Source of the DNA: an uncultured delta proteobacterium
GTDB taxonomy: Bacteria > Desulfobacterota > RBG-13-43-22
Assembly: GCA_963790475.1 (NCBI GenBank)
Contig: CAWBOS010000012.1
Location: forward strand, 1,280,001-1,344,000
DNA: 64,000 nucleotides
Reading direction: 5' to 3'
Position numbers and translations under genes: made by a program. Under the pieces are notes generated by a model, which was not told the DNA's origin, ran no database searches, and saw only the letters and a program-made list of their open reading frames with translations. Shown here piece by piece: positions 19,342 to 28,313 of this stretch (its first letter is position 1; the number at the start of each line of letters is the position of its first letter).

Positions 19342-20634
19342 ATGGAGATCTTAATCATATTCCTGCTGATGATCTTGAATGGTTTGTTTGCCATGTCCGA
19401 GATGGCAGTGATATTTTCCCGAAAAGCCCGACTACAACAATGGGCCAGGGAGGGGAATAAGCGGGCTCAAACAGCCCTGGAATTGGCGGAAAACCCCAAT
19501 CGATTCCTGTCCACCATCCAGGTGGGTATCACCTTGATTGGCATCCTGGCCGGGGCCTTCGGGGGGACCACAGTAGCCCGTTCTCTTGACGCCTATCTGA
19601 AAGGGATACCTTTTTTGAAAGGATACAGTGAAGCCCTGTCTTTGGGGGTTGTGGTCCTGGCCCTTACCTACCTCTCCATTGTCATTGGGGAACTGGTCCC
19701 CAAGCGATTGGCTTTGAACAACGCCGAACGGATAGCCTCAGTGATGGCCGTTCCCCTGCGATGGGTGTCCAGAGTCACCCACCCGGTAGTTCAGATCCTG
19801 ACTATTTCTTCCGAATGGATTTTAAGGCTTCTTGGTTCTCAACCTTCCCAAGAACCGTCCATCACCGAAGAGGAAATCAAAATCCTGATCGATCAGGGCA
19901 CCCGGGATGGTGTTTTTGCCGAAGCTGAAAAAGATATCGTCAAAAGTGTGTTTCGGTTGGCCGATCGGGAAGTCGGGGTTCTGATGACCCCCCGCTTAGA
20001 GATCGTCTGGCTGGATCAGAATGCCCCTGTTGAAGAAAATCGAACTAAGATCATGGAAAATACCTTTTCCCGTTTTCCGGTCGCTCAAGGCAGTCTGGAC
20101 AATGTCCTGGGGGTGGTACGGGCCAAGGACCTTTTGGTCCAGGGCCTCTCCGGCCGACCGATAGACCTGAAAGAAAAGATGAGCCCCCCTCTTTTTATTC
20201 CGGAAAATGCAGCAGCCATGCATCTTCTGGAGTTGTTCAAGAAATCCCGTCCGCACCTGGCCTTGGTAGTGGATGAATACGGCGGCATCCAGGGTCTGAT
20301 CACCTTGAATGATATCTTGGAATCCATCGTCGGAGAGATCTCTTCTCAGGATCAGACTACGGAGCCCCAGTCGGTTCAGAGGGAAGACGGTTCCTGGCTG
20401 GTGGACGGAATGATACCTATAGACGAGCTTAAGGAGCTCTTTGAACTGGGGGAATTACCGGACGAGGGTAGCGGCCACTACCAGACCCTGGGCGGGTTTA
20501 TAATGATGCAGATGGGAAGAGTTCCCAAGCCAGCCGAACATTTCCAATGGGAGGACTTGCGTTTTGAAGTGGCGGATATGGATGGAAAACGGGTGGATAA
20601 AGTGATCATTTCCCGAGAACAAAAGCCGGAATAG
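19342..20634 (+). CDS. HlyC/CorC (hemolysin-family, CNNM-CBS) protein
   Basis: FAMSEMA, GELVPK, SRFPV, VVDEYGG, CorC C-terminal domain. Confidence 0.9.
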   Translation: MEILIIFLLMILNGLFAMSEMAVIFSRKARLQQWAREGNKRAQTALELAENPNRFLSTIQVGITLIGILAGAFGGTTVARSLDAYLKGIPFLKGYSEALSLGVVVLALTYLSIVIGELVPKRLALNNAERIASVMAVPLRWVSRVTHPVVQILTISSEWILRLLGSQPSQEPSITEEEIKILIDQGTRDGVFAEAEKDIVKSVFRLADREVGVLMTPRLEIVWLDQNAPVEENRTKIMENTFSRFPVAQGSLDNVLGVVRAKDLLVQGLSGRPIDLKEKMSPPLFIPENAAAMHLLELFKKSRPHLALVVDEYGGIQGLITLNDILESIVGEISSQDQTTEPQSVQREDGSWLVDGMIPIDELKELFELGELPDEGSGHYQTLGGFIMMQMGRVPKPAEHFQWEDLRFEVADMDGKRVDKVIISREQKPE

Positions 20635-20812
20635 AGGTTAAAGGTCAGATTGTAAAAGGCAAAAGGTAAAAGGAAAAAGGGGAAAAAGCATAGTGCAGAG
20701 TGAAACGTTCAAAGGTCAAAATGCAAAATAAAGGGAATAAAACTAAAAGTCTTAGGCTCTTAGACCAGTGGGAACGTGGATGCTTTTCCCTTGAACCCCA
20801 ACCCCCAAACCT

Positions 20813-21031
20813 CTAATCTCCCACCTCCGGCCTGTTGTCTATTAACTTTTTGTCTGCTTCTTCCCTTTCTTTCTGAGATTCGTTGATCAGGCACTGGGGT
20901 CGAAATTTGCAATATAGTTTGGGATCGCTGCAGGCCACTCCTTCCTCAAAGCAGGCCGGGCAGTAAGCGATCAGATGTTTCTGGCAAGGGAAGACCCCTT
21001 CCCGGTCCGGATGGTTTCGGCAGCTTGGCAT
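20813..21031 (-). CDS. Small Cys/His-rich (B-box-like) protein
   Basis: CxxHP...CxKH...CxxC...C...CKFRxxC. Confidence 0.6.
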   Translation of the reverse strand: MPSCRNHPDREGVFPCQKHLIAYCPACFEEGVACSDPKLYCKFRPQCLINESQKEREEADKKLIDNRPEVGD

Positions 21032-21111
21032 AATAAAAAGTCTTATACCATAACTTCGGGAAGAAACGAAAGGGATTCACGACTTTTTTCGCTTTTCTTT
21101 CTTTTTTCATT

Positions 21112-21140
21112 TTGACAAATCTCGAAAATCCTTATATATT
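21112..21140 (+). promoter_or_regulatory. Putative sigma70 promoter of polysaccharide locus
   Basis: TTGACA-17 bp-TATATT. Confidence 0.6.
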
Positions 21141-21234
21141 CATTTAGATAAATTAAATAGACCCAAAAGACCCAATACCCAGCTAAACCAGATAAACCAA
21201 ACGCTAAACAGGCCAGACAGAACTGATCAAAGCA

Positions 21235-21936
21235 ATGCTTTTGTCCGTCATTATTCCGGTTTTTAATGAGAAGGAGACCTTGGAGGGTTTGGTGGAAAAG
21301 GTTCGTTCGGTTGATCTTTCCTCCTTGAACATTACCATGGAGATCGTGGTCATCGATGACTGCTCCCAGGACGGTACCCTGGATGTGGCACGAAAGCTGG
21401 CCGAGGAGGGGAAGATCCGTTTACTAAGACATGATAAAAACCAGGGGAAGGGAGCAGCCCTACAAACCGGGTTTCAGGGGGCGCAGGGAGAAATCGTTTT
21501 GATCCAGGATGCCGACCTGGAATACGACCCTGAAGAATATCCTAAATTGTTAAGGCCCATCATAGAAGGGAAGGCCGACGTTGTTTATGGCTCCCGCTTC
21601 ATGGGAGGAGAGCCCCATCGGGTCCTCTATTTTTGGCATTATGTCGGAAACAGATTCCTGACTCTTCTATCCAGCATGATGACCAACCTTAATTTATCCG
21701 ATATGGAGACCTGTTATAAGGTCTTCCGAACAGAGATGCTCAGGTCCATCCATTTGAAGGAAAAAAGGTTTGGTTTCGAACCTGAAGTCACGGCCCGGAT
21801 CGCCCGGTTGGGGTGCCGAATTTACGAGGTTGGTATTTCCTATACCGGACGGACCTATAAAGAGGGGAAAAAAATCAACTGGAAAGACGGTGTCCGAGCT
21901 ATGTGGTGTATCATTAAGTATGCGGTAGTTAAATGA
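21235..21936 (+). CDS. Glycosyltransferase family 2
   Basis: IIPVFNE, DDCSQDGT, QDADLEYDP. Confidence 0.93.
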   Translation: MLLSVIIPVFNEKETLEGLVEKVRSVDLSSLNITMEIVVIDDCSQDGTLDVARKLAEEGKIRLLRHDKNQGKGAALQTGFQGAQGEIVLIQDADLEYDPEEYPKLLRPIIEGKADVVYGSRFMGGEPHRVLYFWHYVGNRFLTLLSSMMTNLNLSDMETCYKVFRTEMLRSIHLKEKRFGFEPEVTARIARLGCRIYEVGISYTGRTYKEGKKINWKDGVRAMWCIIKYAVVK

Positions 21937-21976
21937 TTACAACCGGTTGGCTTTTTGAGATTTAAAAAATTTATTC

Positions 21977-22173
21977 GACAGGATTTACAGGATTGCTTTC
22001 TTTTGTGCCTTTCGTCCTGTCTGCATGCGAGCACGCAGACAGGCATGGGGATGAAAGGGACAAACCGAATCGTCCTGCGGACAGAAGCATTCATTTCCGC
22101 TGGAAGCGGACCGAGGTTGCTCAGGGCCTAACAGGGCCTGAGCAATGAACATGTAAATCCCGTTAATCCTGTC
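21977..22173. mobile_element. Gene-less derivative of the GxxExxY element, with nested palindrome
   Basis: gacaggatttacaggatt ... aatcccgttaatcctgtc ends; left cctttc/gaaagg and right ttgctcag/ctgagcaa hairpins as in 25485-25997. Confidence 0.7.
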
Positions 22174-22200
22174 AGACAAAAACACTTTCTTTAGGTTTTT

Positions 22201-23193
22201 ATGAAACATGTCTTAGTCACCGGGGGAGCCGGATACATCGGGAGTGTGGTCTGCCAAACCCTTCTCGAAAGAGGGCACTCGATTATTGTTCTGGATAGTC
22301 TGGAGGAAGGACATCGACAGGCTCTGCCAACGAATAGCATTTTTTTTCAGGGTGATCTTGGGGATGAGCCCTTTTTAAAAACTATTTTTGATTCCTATCC
22401 CATTGGGGCCGTGCTGCATTTGGCTGCTTATTGTCTGGTGGGGGAGTCGGTCCAGGATCCGGAAAAATACTATGGAAATAATGTGTCCAAGGGGCTTGTT
22501 CTCTTGAAGGCCATGAGGGGTTTCGGGGTTAATAAGATAGTCTTTTCCTCTTCGGCAGCGGTCTATGGGGAACCCATCTCCACTCCGATTGCTGAAACTC
22601 ACCCGACTCAGCCGGTCAATCCCTATGGTCATTCCAAACTCATTTTTGAACAGGTCCTGGATTGGTACCAAAAGGCCTATGGGTTGAAGTATGTCACCTT
22701 TCGCTATTTCAATGCCGCCGGAGCAATAGATCGGCTGGGAGAGGACCATCATCCGGAAACCCACTTGATCCCCCTGATCCTTGGGCCCCTCTTGGCTGGG
22801 GAAAGGGCTGCAGAACCGCTAACGGTTTTCGGAACGGATTACCCGACGCCGGACGGAAGCTGTCTGCGGGATTATATCCATATCCGGGACCTGGCCTTGG
22901 CCCATGTCCTGGCCCTGGAAAGATTGGATAAACTCCAGGAGAGAATTTTTAATCTGGGAAACGGGATGGGTTTTTCGGTCTTGGAGGTTATTGAGGCGGC
23001 CGGCCAGGTCAGCGGCCGGAAAATCCCTTATCGCCATGGAGAACGCCGTCCGGGAGATCCGGCTGTGCTGGTGGCTTCTTCCATTCGGGCCCGGAAGGTC
23101 CTGGGCTGGGAACCCTGCTATCCGGAGTTAAAAGAAATTATCGCATCCGCCTGGGACTGGCATCAAAAATTTCCCAGAGGGTATGAACAATAA
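22201..23193 (+). CDS. galE: UDP-glucose 4-epimerase
   Basis: GGAGYIGS, YGHSK, RYFNAAGA, RDYIH. Confidence 0.95.
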   Translation: MKHVLVTGGAGYIGSVVCQTLLERGHSIIVLDSLEEGHRQALPTNSIFFQGDLGDEPFLKTIFDSYPIGAVLHLAAYCLVGESVQDPEKYYGNNVSKGLVLLKAMRGFGVNKIVFSSSAAVYGEPISTPIAETHPTQPVNPYGHSKLIFEQVLDWYQKAYGLKYVTFRYFNAAGAIDRLGEDHHPETHLIPLILGPLLAGERAAEPLTVFGTDYPTPDGSCLRDYIHIRDLALAHVLALERLDKLQERIFNLGNGMGFSVLEVIEAAGQVSGRKIPYRHGERRPGDPAVLVASSIRARKVLGWEPCYPELKEIIASAWDWHQKFPRGYEQ

Positions 23194-23202
23194 CCGGCTA
23201 CT

Positions 23203-23244
23203 GGCAGGATTAACAAGATTTATGTGAATCCTGTTAATCCTGTC
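23203..23244. repeat. Minimal hairpin of the GxxExxY terminal repeats
   Basis: ggcaggattaacaagatt-tatgtg-aatcctgttaatcctgtc. Confidence 0.8.
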
Positions 23245-23306
23245 GGACCATTTTTTTTTGAAGCTAAACTGTTACGATTTTTCTAAGATATCCTGTTACA
23301 TAAGAG

Positions 23307-23819
23307 ATGATGATGAGCAATATTGAAACCTGGTATACGGTTTATACCAAAAGCCGCTGTGAACAAAAGGTTTTTCAGACTTTGACCGACAAATCCATTG
23401 TCGCCTTTTTACCCAAAATCGAAACCTTAAGCCGCCGCAAAGACAGAAGGAAAAAGATTTGGCTTCCCCTTTTCCCCGGATATGTTTTTTTTCGAATTCC
23501 CTGGGAACTGAAATTATATTGGGAAGTATTAAAGACCGACGGTGTTGTAAAGGTCCTGACCATGGGAGGGGCACCGGCCCCGGTGCCGGAGGTGGAGATT
23601 CAGTCGGTTAAAATTGCGGTGGAAAGCCTGTTGCCGCTTTTTCCGCATCCCTTTGTCAGGGAGGGAGACCGGGTGATTATTGAAGCAGGGCCTTTAAAAG
23701 GCGCCCAGGGAATTTTTATATCCCGGGAGGGAAAAATGGGAAAATTCGTGGTTGGGGTTGATTTGCTCAACCGGGCCGTGGCTGTGGAGATTGAACCGGA
23801 ATTTATCCGGAAATTGTAA
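23307..23819 (+). CDS. UpxY/RfaH-type NusG paralogue (antiterminator)
   Basis: WYTVYTKSRCE, PLFPGYVF, KOW GDRV.I..GPLKG. Confidence 0.85.
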   Translation: MMMSNIETWYTVYTKSRCEQKVFQTLTDKSIVAFLPKIETLSRRKDRRKKIWLPLFPGYVFFRIPWELKLYWEVLKTDGVVKVLTMGGAPAPVPEVEIQSVKIAVESLLPLFPHPFVREGDRVIIEAGPLKGAQGIFISREGKMGKFVVGVDLLNRAVAVEIEPEFIRKL

Positions 23820-25478
23820 TTGTCAGAAAAAAAGGAGGTTCAAAAGTCTATGGATTATTCAATTGCCCCCACGGGAGAACGGTTTTCCCTGCCCAATCCT
23901 GAGGATGCAGAGGCGGAAAACAAACGCCTCCGAACCCTGGCGGATGAACAACGCCGGCAAGGGAGGGAGATTGTGGTGGTGATGGGGGTCGGCTTTGTGG
24001 GCGCGGTGATGGCCGGTGTGGTCGCCGATTCCGTAGATGCCCAGGGCCGGTCCGCAAAATTCGTCATCGGCATGCAGCGGCCCAGTTCCCGGTCTTTTTG
24101 GAAGATCCCTTTTATCAATCGGGGGATCTGTCCGGTCACGGCAGAAGACCCGGAGGTCGCCCCTTTGATCCGCCGCTGCGTGCTGGAAAAAAAGACCATG
24201 ACCGCCACCTTTTCCATCGAGGCCTTGTCCCTGGCCGATGCCGTTGTGGTAGATGTTCAATGCGATTTCATCAAGGAAGACCTGGGCAATGTCAAAAGCG
24301 GCAATGCCGACATTCAGGCCCTGGAAGAAAGTTTTAAGATTATCGGGCACAAAATTTCTCCCAAGACCCTGGTCCTGATCGAAACCACCGTTCCTCCCGG
24401 AACGACCGAATACATCGCCTACCCTTATATTAAAAAGGCCTTTGAGGAGCGGGGCATATCGGAGGAACCTCTTTTGGCCCACAGCTTCGAACGGGTCATG
24501 CCGGGAAAGAACTATGTAGCCTCAATCCGGAATTTCTGGCGGGTCTGCAGCGGCATCAACACCGAGGCCCGGGACCGGGTAGTCCGTTTTCTGTCCGAGG
24601 TCATAGAAGTGGAGAAATACCCTTTGACGGTCTTGGACCGGCCAATGGAAAGTGAGACCTGCAAGATCATTGAAAACAGCTTTCGGGCGACTATGCTGGC
24701 CTATATGCATGAATGGAGCTTATTTGCCGAACGCAACGGCGTGGATCTTCTCAAGGTCATCGAGGCCATCAAGGTCCGGCCGACCCACAGTAATATCATG
24801 TTTCCAGGACCGGGAATCGGCGGCTATTGCCTGCCCAAAGACGGGGGGCTGGGCCTCTGGTCCTATAAGCACCTGATGGGATTTCAGGACGATATCTTTC
24901 AGGTCACCCCTTTGGCCATCAATATCAATGATACCCGGGCCCTTCATGCCGCCCAATTAGTAAGGGACGCCCTGCGCAACCAAAACCGGATTGTGGCTTC
25001 TTCCCTGATTGCCGTTTTGGGGATTTCATACCGGGAGGATGTGGGCGATACCCGCTACAGCGGTTCAGAACTTTTGGTCAGAAAATTAAGCGAAATGGGG
25101 TCCGAGGTGCGGGTCCATGATCCTTATGTGGACCACTGGTGGGAAATGGAAAAGCAGGACGATTATCCCATTCACAATAGTTGGGCGCGATTTTTCCGGA
25201 ACCAGGAAGGGTTGAAAAATCTGCAAGTCAACAAAGAAATTCCTGAAACCCTGCGGGGGGCGGATGCCGTCGTCCTGGCTGTGCGTCATTCGGCCTATAT
25301 GGACCTGGCCCCGAAGCAGGTGGTGGAGTGGATCGGCAAGCCTGCGGCGGTGGTGGATTGTTTTGGAATTCTGAATGACGACCAGATCCGAAAATATTTT
25401 GAGCTGGGATGCGAGGTGAAAGGTTCCGGACGAGGCCATATCAATCGTATTAAAAGGGAAGTATTGGGGAAAAAATAA
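23820..25478 (+). CDS. Nucleotide-sugar dehydrogenase
   Basis: GVGFVG, ETTVPPGTT, GPGIGGYCLPKD. Confidence 0.9.
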   Translation: MSEKKEVQKSMDYSIAPTGERFSLPNPEDAEAENKRLRTLADEQRRQGREIVVVMGVGFVGAVMAGVVADSVDAQGRSAKFVIGMQRPSSRSFWKIPFINRGICPVTAEDPEVAPLIRRCVLEKKTMTATFSIEALSLADAVVVDVQCDFIKEDLGNVKSGNADIQALEESFKIIGHKISPKTLVLIETTVPPGTTEYIAYPYIKKAFEERGISEEPLLAHSFERVMPGKNYVASIRNFWRVCSGINTEARDRVVRFLSEVIEVEKYPLTVLDRPMESETCKIIENSFRATMLAYMHEWSLFAERNGVDLLKVIEAIKVRPTHSNIMFPGPGIGGYCLPKDGGLGLWSYKHLMGFQDDIFQVTPLAININDTRALHAAQLVRDALRNQNRIVASSLIAVLGISYREDVGDTRYSGSELLVRKLSEMGSEVRVHDPYVDHWWEMEKQDDYPIHNSWARFFRNQEGLKNLQVNKEIPETLRGADAVVLAVRHSAYMDLAPKQVVEWIGKPAAVVDCFGILNDDQIRKYFELGCEVKGSGRGHINRIKREVLGKK

Positions 25479-25484
25479 GGGTTA

Positions 25485-25997
25485 GACAGGATTAACAGGA
25501 TTGACTTGATATTTTTTACCCTTTCCGGATGAAAGGGCAAAATGGTCCTCCACAATGAAACACGAAGATATAACCAAAAATAACATAGGAGCATCTTACA
25601 GGGTATTCAATACGCTCGGCTTTGGTTTTTTAGAAAGTGTTTATAGAAAGTCGATGGGGATTGAATTGATGAAAAATAATTTGAAATTTGAAGAAGAGAA
25701 ACCATTAAAAGTTTTTTATGAAGACCATGTAATTGGAGATTTTTACCTAGATCTTTTGATAGAGGATGAAATTGTGGTTGAATTAAAATCGATTCAGAAT
25801 TTACTTAAAGAACATGAGGTCCAACTTGTAAATTATCTGAATGGGTTGAAAAAGGAAGTCGGTCTATTAATCAATTTTAGCCCCCATGGCGTCGAAGTTA
25901 AACGTAAATATCGACAACCGTCGCCGAAGGCAGATTGAATTTGCTCAGTTTCTTCTGGAAACTGAGCAAAAATCCCTTTAATCCTGCAAATCCTGTC
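25485..25997. mobile_element. Putative GxxExxY-encoding element bounded by inverted 9-bp tandem repeats
   Basis: gacaggattaacaggatt ... aatcctgcaaatcctgtc; hairpins at 25514-25542 and 25940-25970. Confidence 0.65.
25555..25938 (+). CDS. GxxExxY protein (PD-(D/E)xK nuclease fold)
   Basis: GFLESVY motif, D...VELK, QLVNYL, GLLINF; AT-rich relative to neighbours. Confidence 0.92.
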   Translation: MKHEDITKNNIGASYRVFNTLGFGFLESVYRKSMGIELMKNNLKFEEEKPLKVFYEDHVIGDFYLDLLIEDEIVVELKSIQNLLKEHEVQLVNYLNGLKKEVGLLINFSPHGVEVKRKYRQPSPKAD

Positions 25998-26017
25998 TGA
26001 AAAAAAGTGGATTTTTT

Positions 26018-27112
26018 ATGAACCAATCCAAAGTAGCTGTCTTAAAAACCGAACCAAAGACTGTCTTTGAGGATATCGATCGTCTGTGCGAACTGGCCGA
26101 TTTTAAAAAACATCTCGACCCGACCCGTCCGGTAATCCTCAAGGACAATATTTCCTGGCATTTTCCCTTCCTGAGTGCCAATACCACCCCCTGGCAGTTG
26201 GAAGGAATGATCAAGACCCTACTGGAAAATGGGTACCGGGACCTGGTTGCGGTCCATAATAATACGGTGGTCACCAATCCTTATAAGGGAGGCCGGTTGA
26301 ATAAACTGACCCCTATCTATGAGAAATACCAAATCCCGGAACTCTATAATTTCAGAAAAGATCAGATCCGCTGGGAAGTCTATCGGCCTAAAGCCCGAAT
26401 GAGAGTCCTGAACCAAATCTTTCCTCAAGGGATACGTATCCCTGAATTCTTTATCGGGAAAAACATCGTACACCTCCCTACTGTCAAAACCCATATTTAT
26501 ACTTCCACCACCGGGGCTATGAAGAATGCCTTCGGGGGCTTATTGAACACCAAACGGCATTACACCCACAGCGTGATCCATGAAACCCTGGTGGATCTCT
26601 TGGCCATCCAGAAGGAAATCCATTCCGGGATCTTCGCCTTGATGGATGGGACCGTTTGCGGCTCCGGCCCGGGGCCGAGGACCATGACCCCGGTAGAAAA
26701 GAATTATCTGTTGGCGTCCGGAGACAGCGTCGCCATCGATGCCGTAGCCGCCCATATGATGGGTTTTGATCCCTTAACTCTCCCCTTTATTCGTCTGGCC
26801 TGTGAAGACGATCTGGGTCAGGGACAATTTAAAGACATCGAAATCCTTGGGGAAGATGTATCCAAAGAAAACTTCGGATTTCAGGTGGGAGATAACTTTG
26901 CCAGTAACATAGGTGATTTCTTATGGTTCAGTCCCTTCCGCAGGTACCAAAAGTTTTTTTTTCATACCCCAATGGTCAACCTCTTTATTTTTGCTTCCTT
27001 CTTTTACCATGATTTTATCTGGTGGCCTTTTAGAGGCACCAGGATTATGAAAAATTTTAAAAAGGAGTCCCGGTGGGGGAGGTATTTTTCAACCTATCCC
27101 GAGCTGCGGTAA
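26018..27112 (+). CDS. DUF362-domain protein
   Basis: LPTVKTH...TGAMKN.FG, D.VAIDAVAA..MG. Confidence 0.8.
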   Translation: MNQSKVAVLKTEPKTVFEDIDRLCELADFKKHLDPTRPVILKDNISWHFPFLSANTTPWQLEGMIKTLLENGYRDLVAVHNNTVVTNPYKGGRLNKLTPIYEKYQIPELYNFRKDQIRWEVYRPKARMRVLNQIFPQGIRIPEFFIGKNIVHLPTVKTHIYTSTTGAMKNAFGGLLNTKRHYTHSVIHETLVDLLAIQKEIHSGIFALMDGTVCGSGPGPRTMTPVEKNYLLASGDSVAIDAVAAHMMGFDPLTLPFIRLACEDDLGQGQFKDIEILGEDVSKENFGFQVGDNFASNIGDFLWFSPFRRYQKFFFHTPMVNLFIFASFFYHDFIWWPFRGTRIMKNFKKESRWGRYFSTYPELR

Positions 27113-27118
27113 TCAATC

Positions 27119-28297
27119 ATGGACTTTGTCGATTTAAAATACCAGCAACAACGAATTAAAGATAAACTCGAATCCAGGATTCAAGCCGTTCTGGCTCATG
27201 GCCAATATATCATGGGCCCCGAAGTCAAAGAACTGGAAGAACGACTGGCTGAGTACGTAGGCGTAAACCAGGCCGTAAGCTGCGCTTCGGGTACCGATGC
27301 CCTGCTCCTGGCCCTGATGGCTTTTAATCTTGGACCGGGCGAGGCGATATTTACCACCCCGTTTACCTTTGTGGCCACGGCCGAGGTGATCAGCCTCCTG
27401 GGGGCTACCCCCATCTTTGTGGATATAGATCCCCAGACTTTTAACCTGGATCCCAACAAACTTGAATTGGCCATCAGGGCCTTAAAGTCGAACGATCCGA
27501 CCATCCATCCGCTCCCCCGTTTTGACTCGCCCCTCGTCACTCGTTACTCGTCGCTTCGCCCGAAGGGCCTGATCTCCGTGGATCTGTTCGGCCTGCCGGC
27601 TGATTTTGACCGCATCAATACCATTGCCCGGGAACACCTCCTTTATGTTATCGAAGATGCGGCCCAATCTTTCGGGGCTGAATATCACAACAGGAGAGCC
27701 TGTGCCTTATCCGAGGTTGCCTGTACTTCTTTCTTCCCGTCTAAACCACTGGGGGCTTACGGGGACGGCGGCATGTGTTTTACTCAGGATGACCACCTGG
27801 CCGATGTAATGCGATCTATTAGGATTCATGGGCAAGGTGTTAATAAATATGAGAATGTAAGAATTGGATTTAACGGGCGGTTGGATACCCTTCAAGCGGC
27901 CGTATTGCTGGCCAAATTTGAAATCTTTTCGGAGGAGATCGAATTAAGGAATCAAGTGGCGAAACGGTACACCGATCTTCTCACCCGCTACTCGTCACTC
28001 GTCACTCCTTCTATTCCTGGAGAGATGAAGAGCGCCTGGGCCCAGTACTCTGTTCTATCCAAGAATTCAACTGAGCGGCAAAATTTTATTCAAAAACTTA
28101 AAGGGGCTTCCATTCCCACGGCCATCTATTATCCAAAACCCTTGCATCTTCAAACTGCTTTTACCTTTCTGGGATATAAGGAAGGTCAATTCCCAGTCAG
28201 CGAGGATTGTGCCCGGCGAATTTTCAGCTTGCCCATGCATCCTTATTTAAAGCTGGAAGATCAGGAGAGAATAGTAAGTATTCTCAGCCAGGTGTAA
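27119..28297 (+). CDS. DegT/DnrJ/EryC1/StrS aminotransferase
   Basis: EDAAQSFG, SFFPSKPLGAYGDGG, SLPMHPYL. Confidence 0.93.
   Translation: MDFVDLKYQQQRIKDKLESRIQAVLAHGQYIMGPEVKELEERLAEYVGVNQAVSCASGTDALLLALMAFNLGPGEAIFTTPFTFVATAEVISLLGATPIFVDIDPQTFNLDPNKLELAIRALKSNDPTIHPLPRFDSPLVTRYSSLRPKGLISVDLFGLPADFDRINTIAREHLLYVIEDAAQSFGAEYHNRRACALSEVACTSFFPSKPLGAYGDGGMCFTQDDHLADVMRSIRIHGQGVNKYENVRIGFNGRLDTLQAAVLLAKFEIFSEEIELRNQVAKRYTDLLTRYSSLVTPSIPGEMKSAWAQYSVLSKNSTERQNFIQKLKGASIPTAIYYPKPLHLQTAFTFLGYKEGQFPVSEDCARRIFSLPMHPYLKLEDQERIVSILSQV
27525..27552 (+). repeat. In-frame heptamer tandem repeat inside DegT
   Basis: actcgcc-cctcgtc-actcgtt-actcgtc. Confidence 0.7.
27983..28010 (+). repeat. Second in-frame heptamer tandem repeat inside DegT
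   Basis: acccgct-actcgtc-actcgtc-actcctt. Confidence 0.7.
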
Positions 28298-28313
28298 GGA
28301 TAATCTTAACACT

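Noticed and set aside
19200-21100. Genomic island integrated at the ssrA 3' end
   Set aside because: No integrase and no duplicated ssrA 3' fragment found; the accessory genes lie on the 5' side
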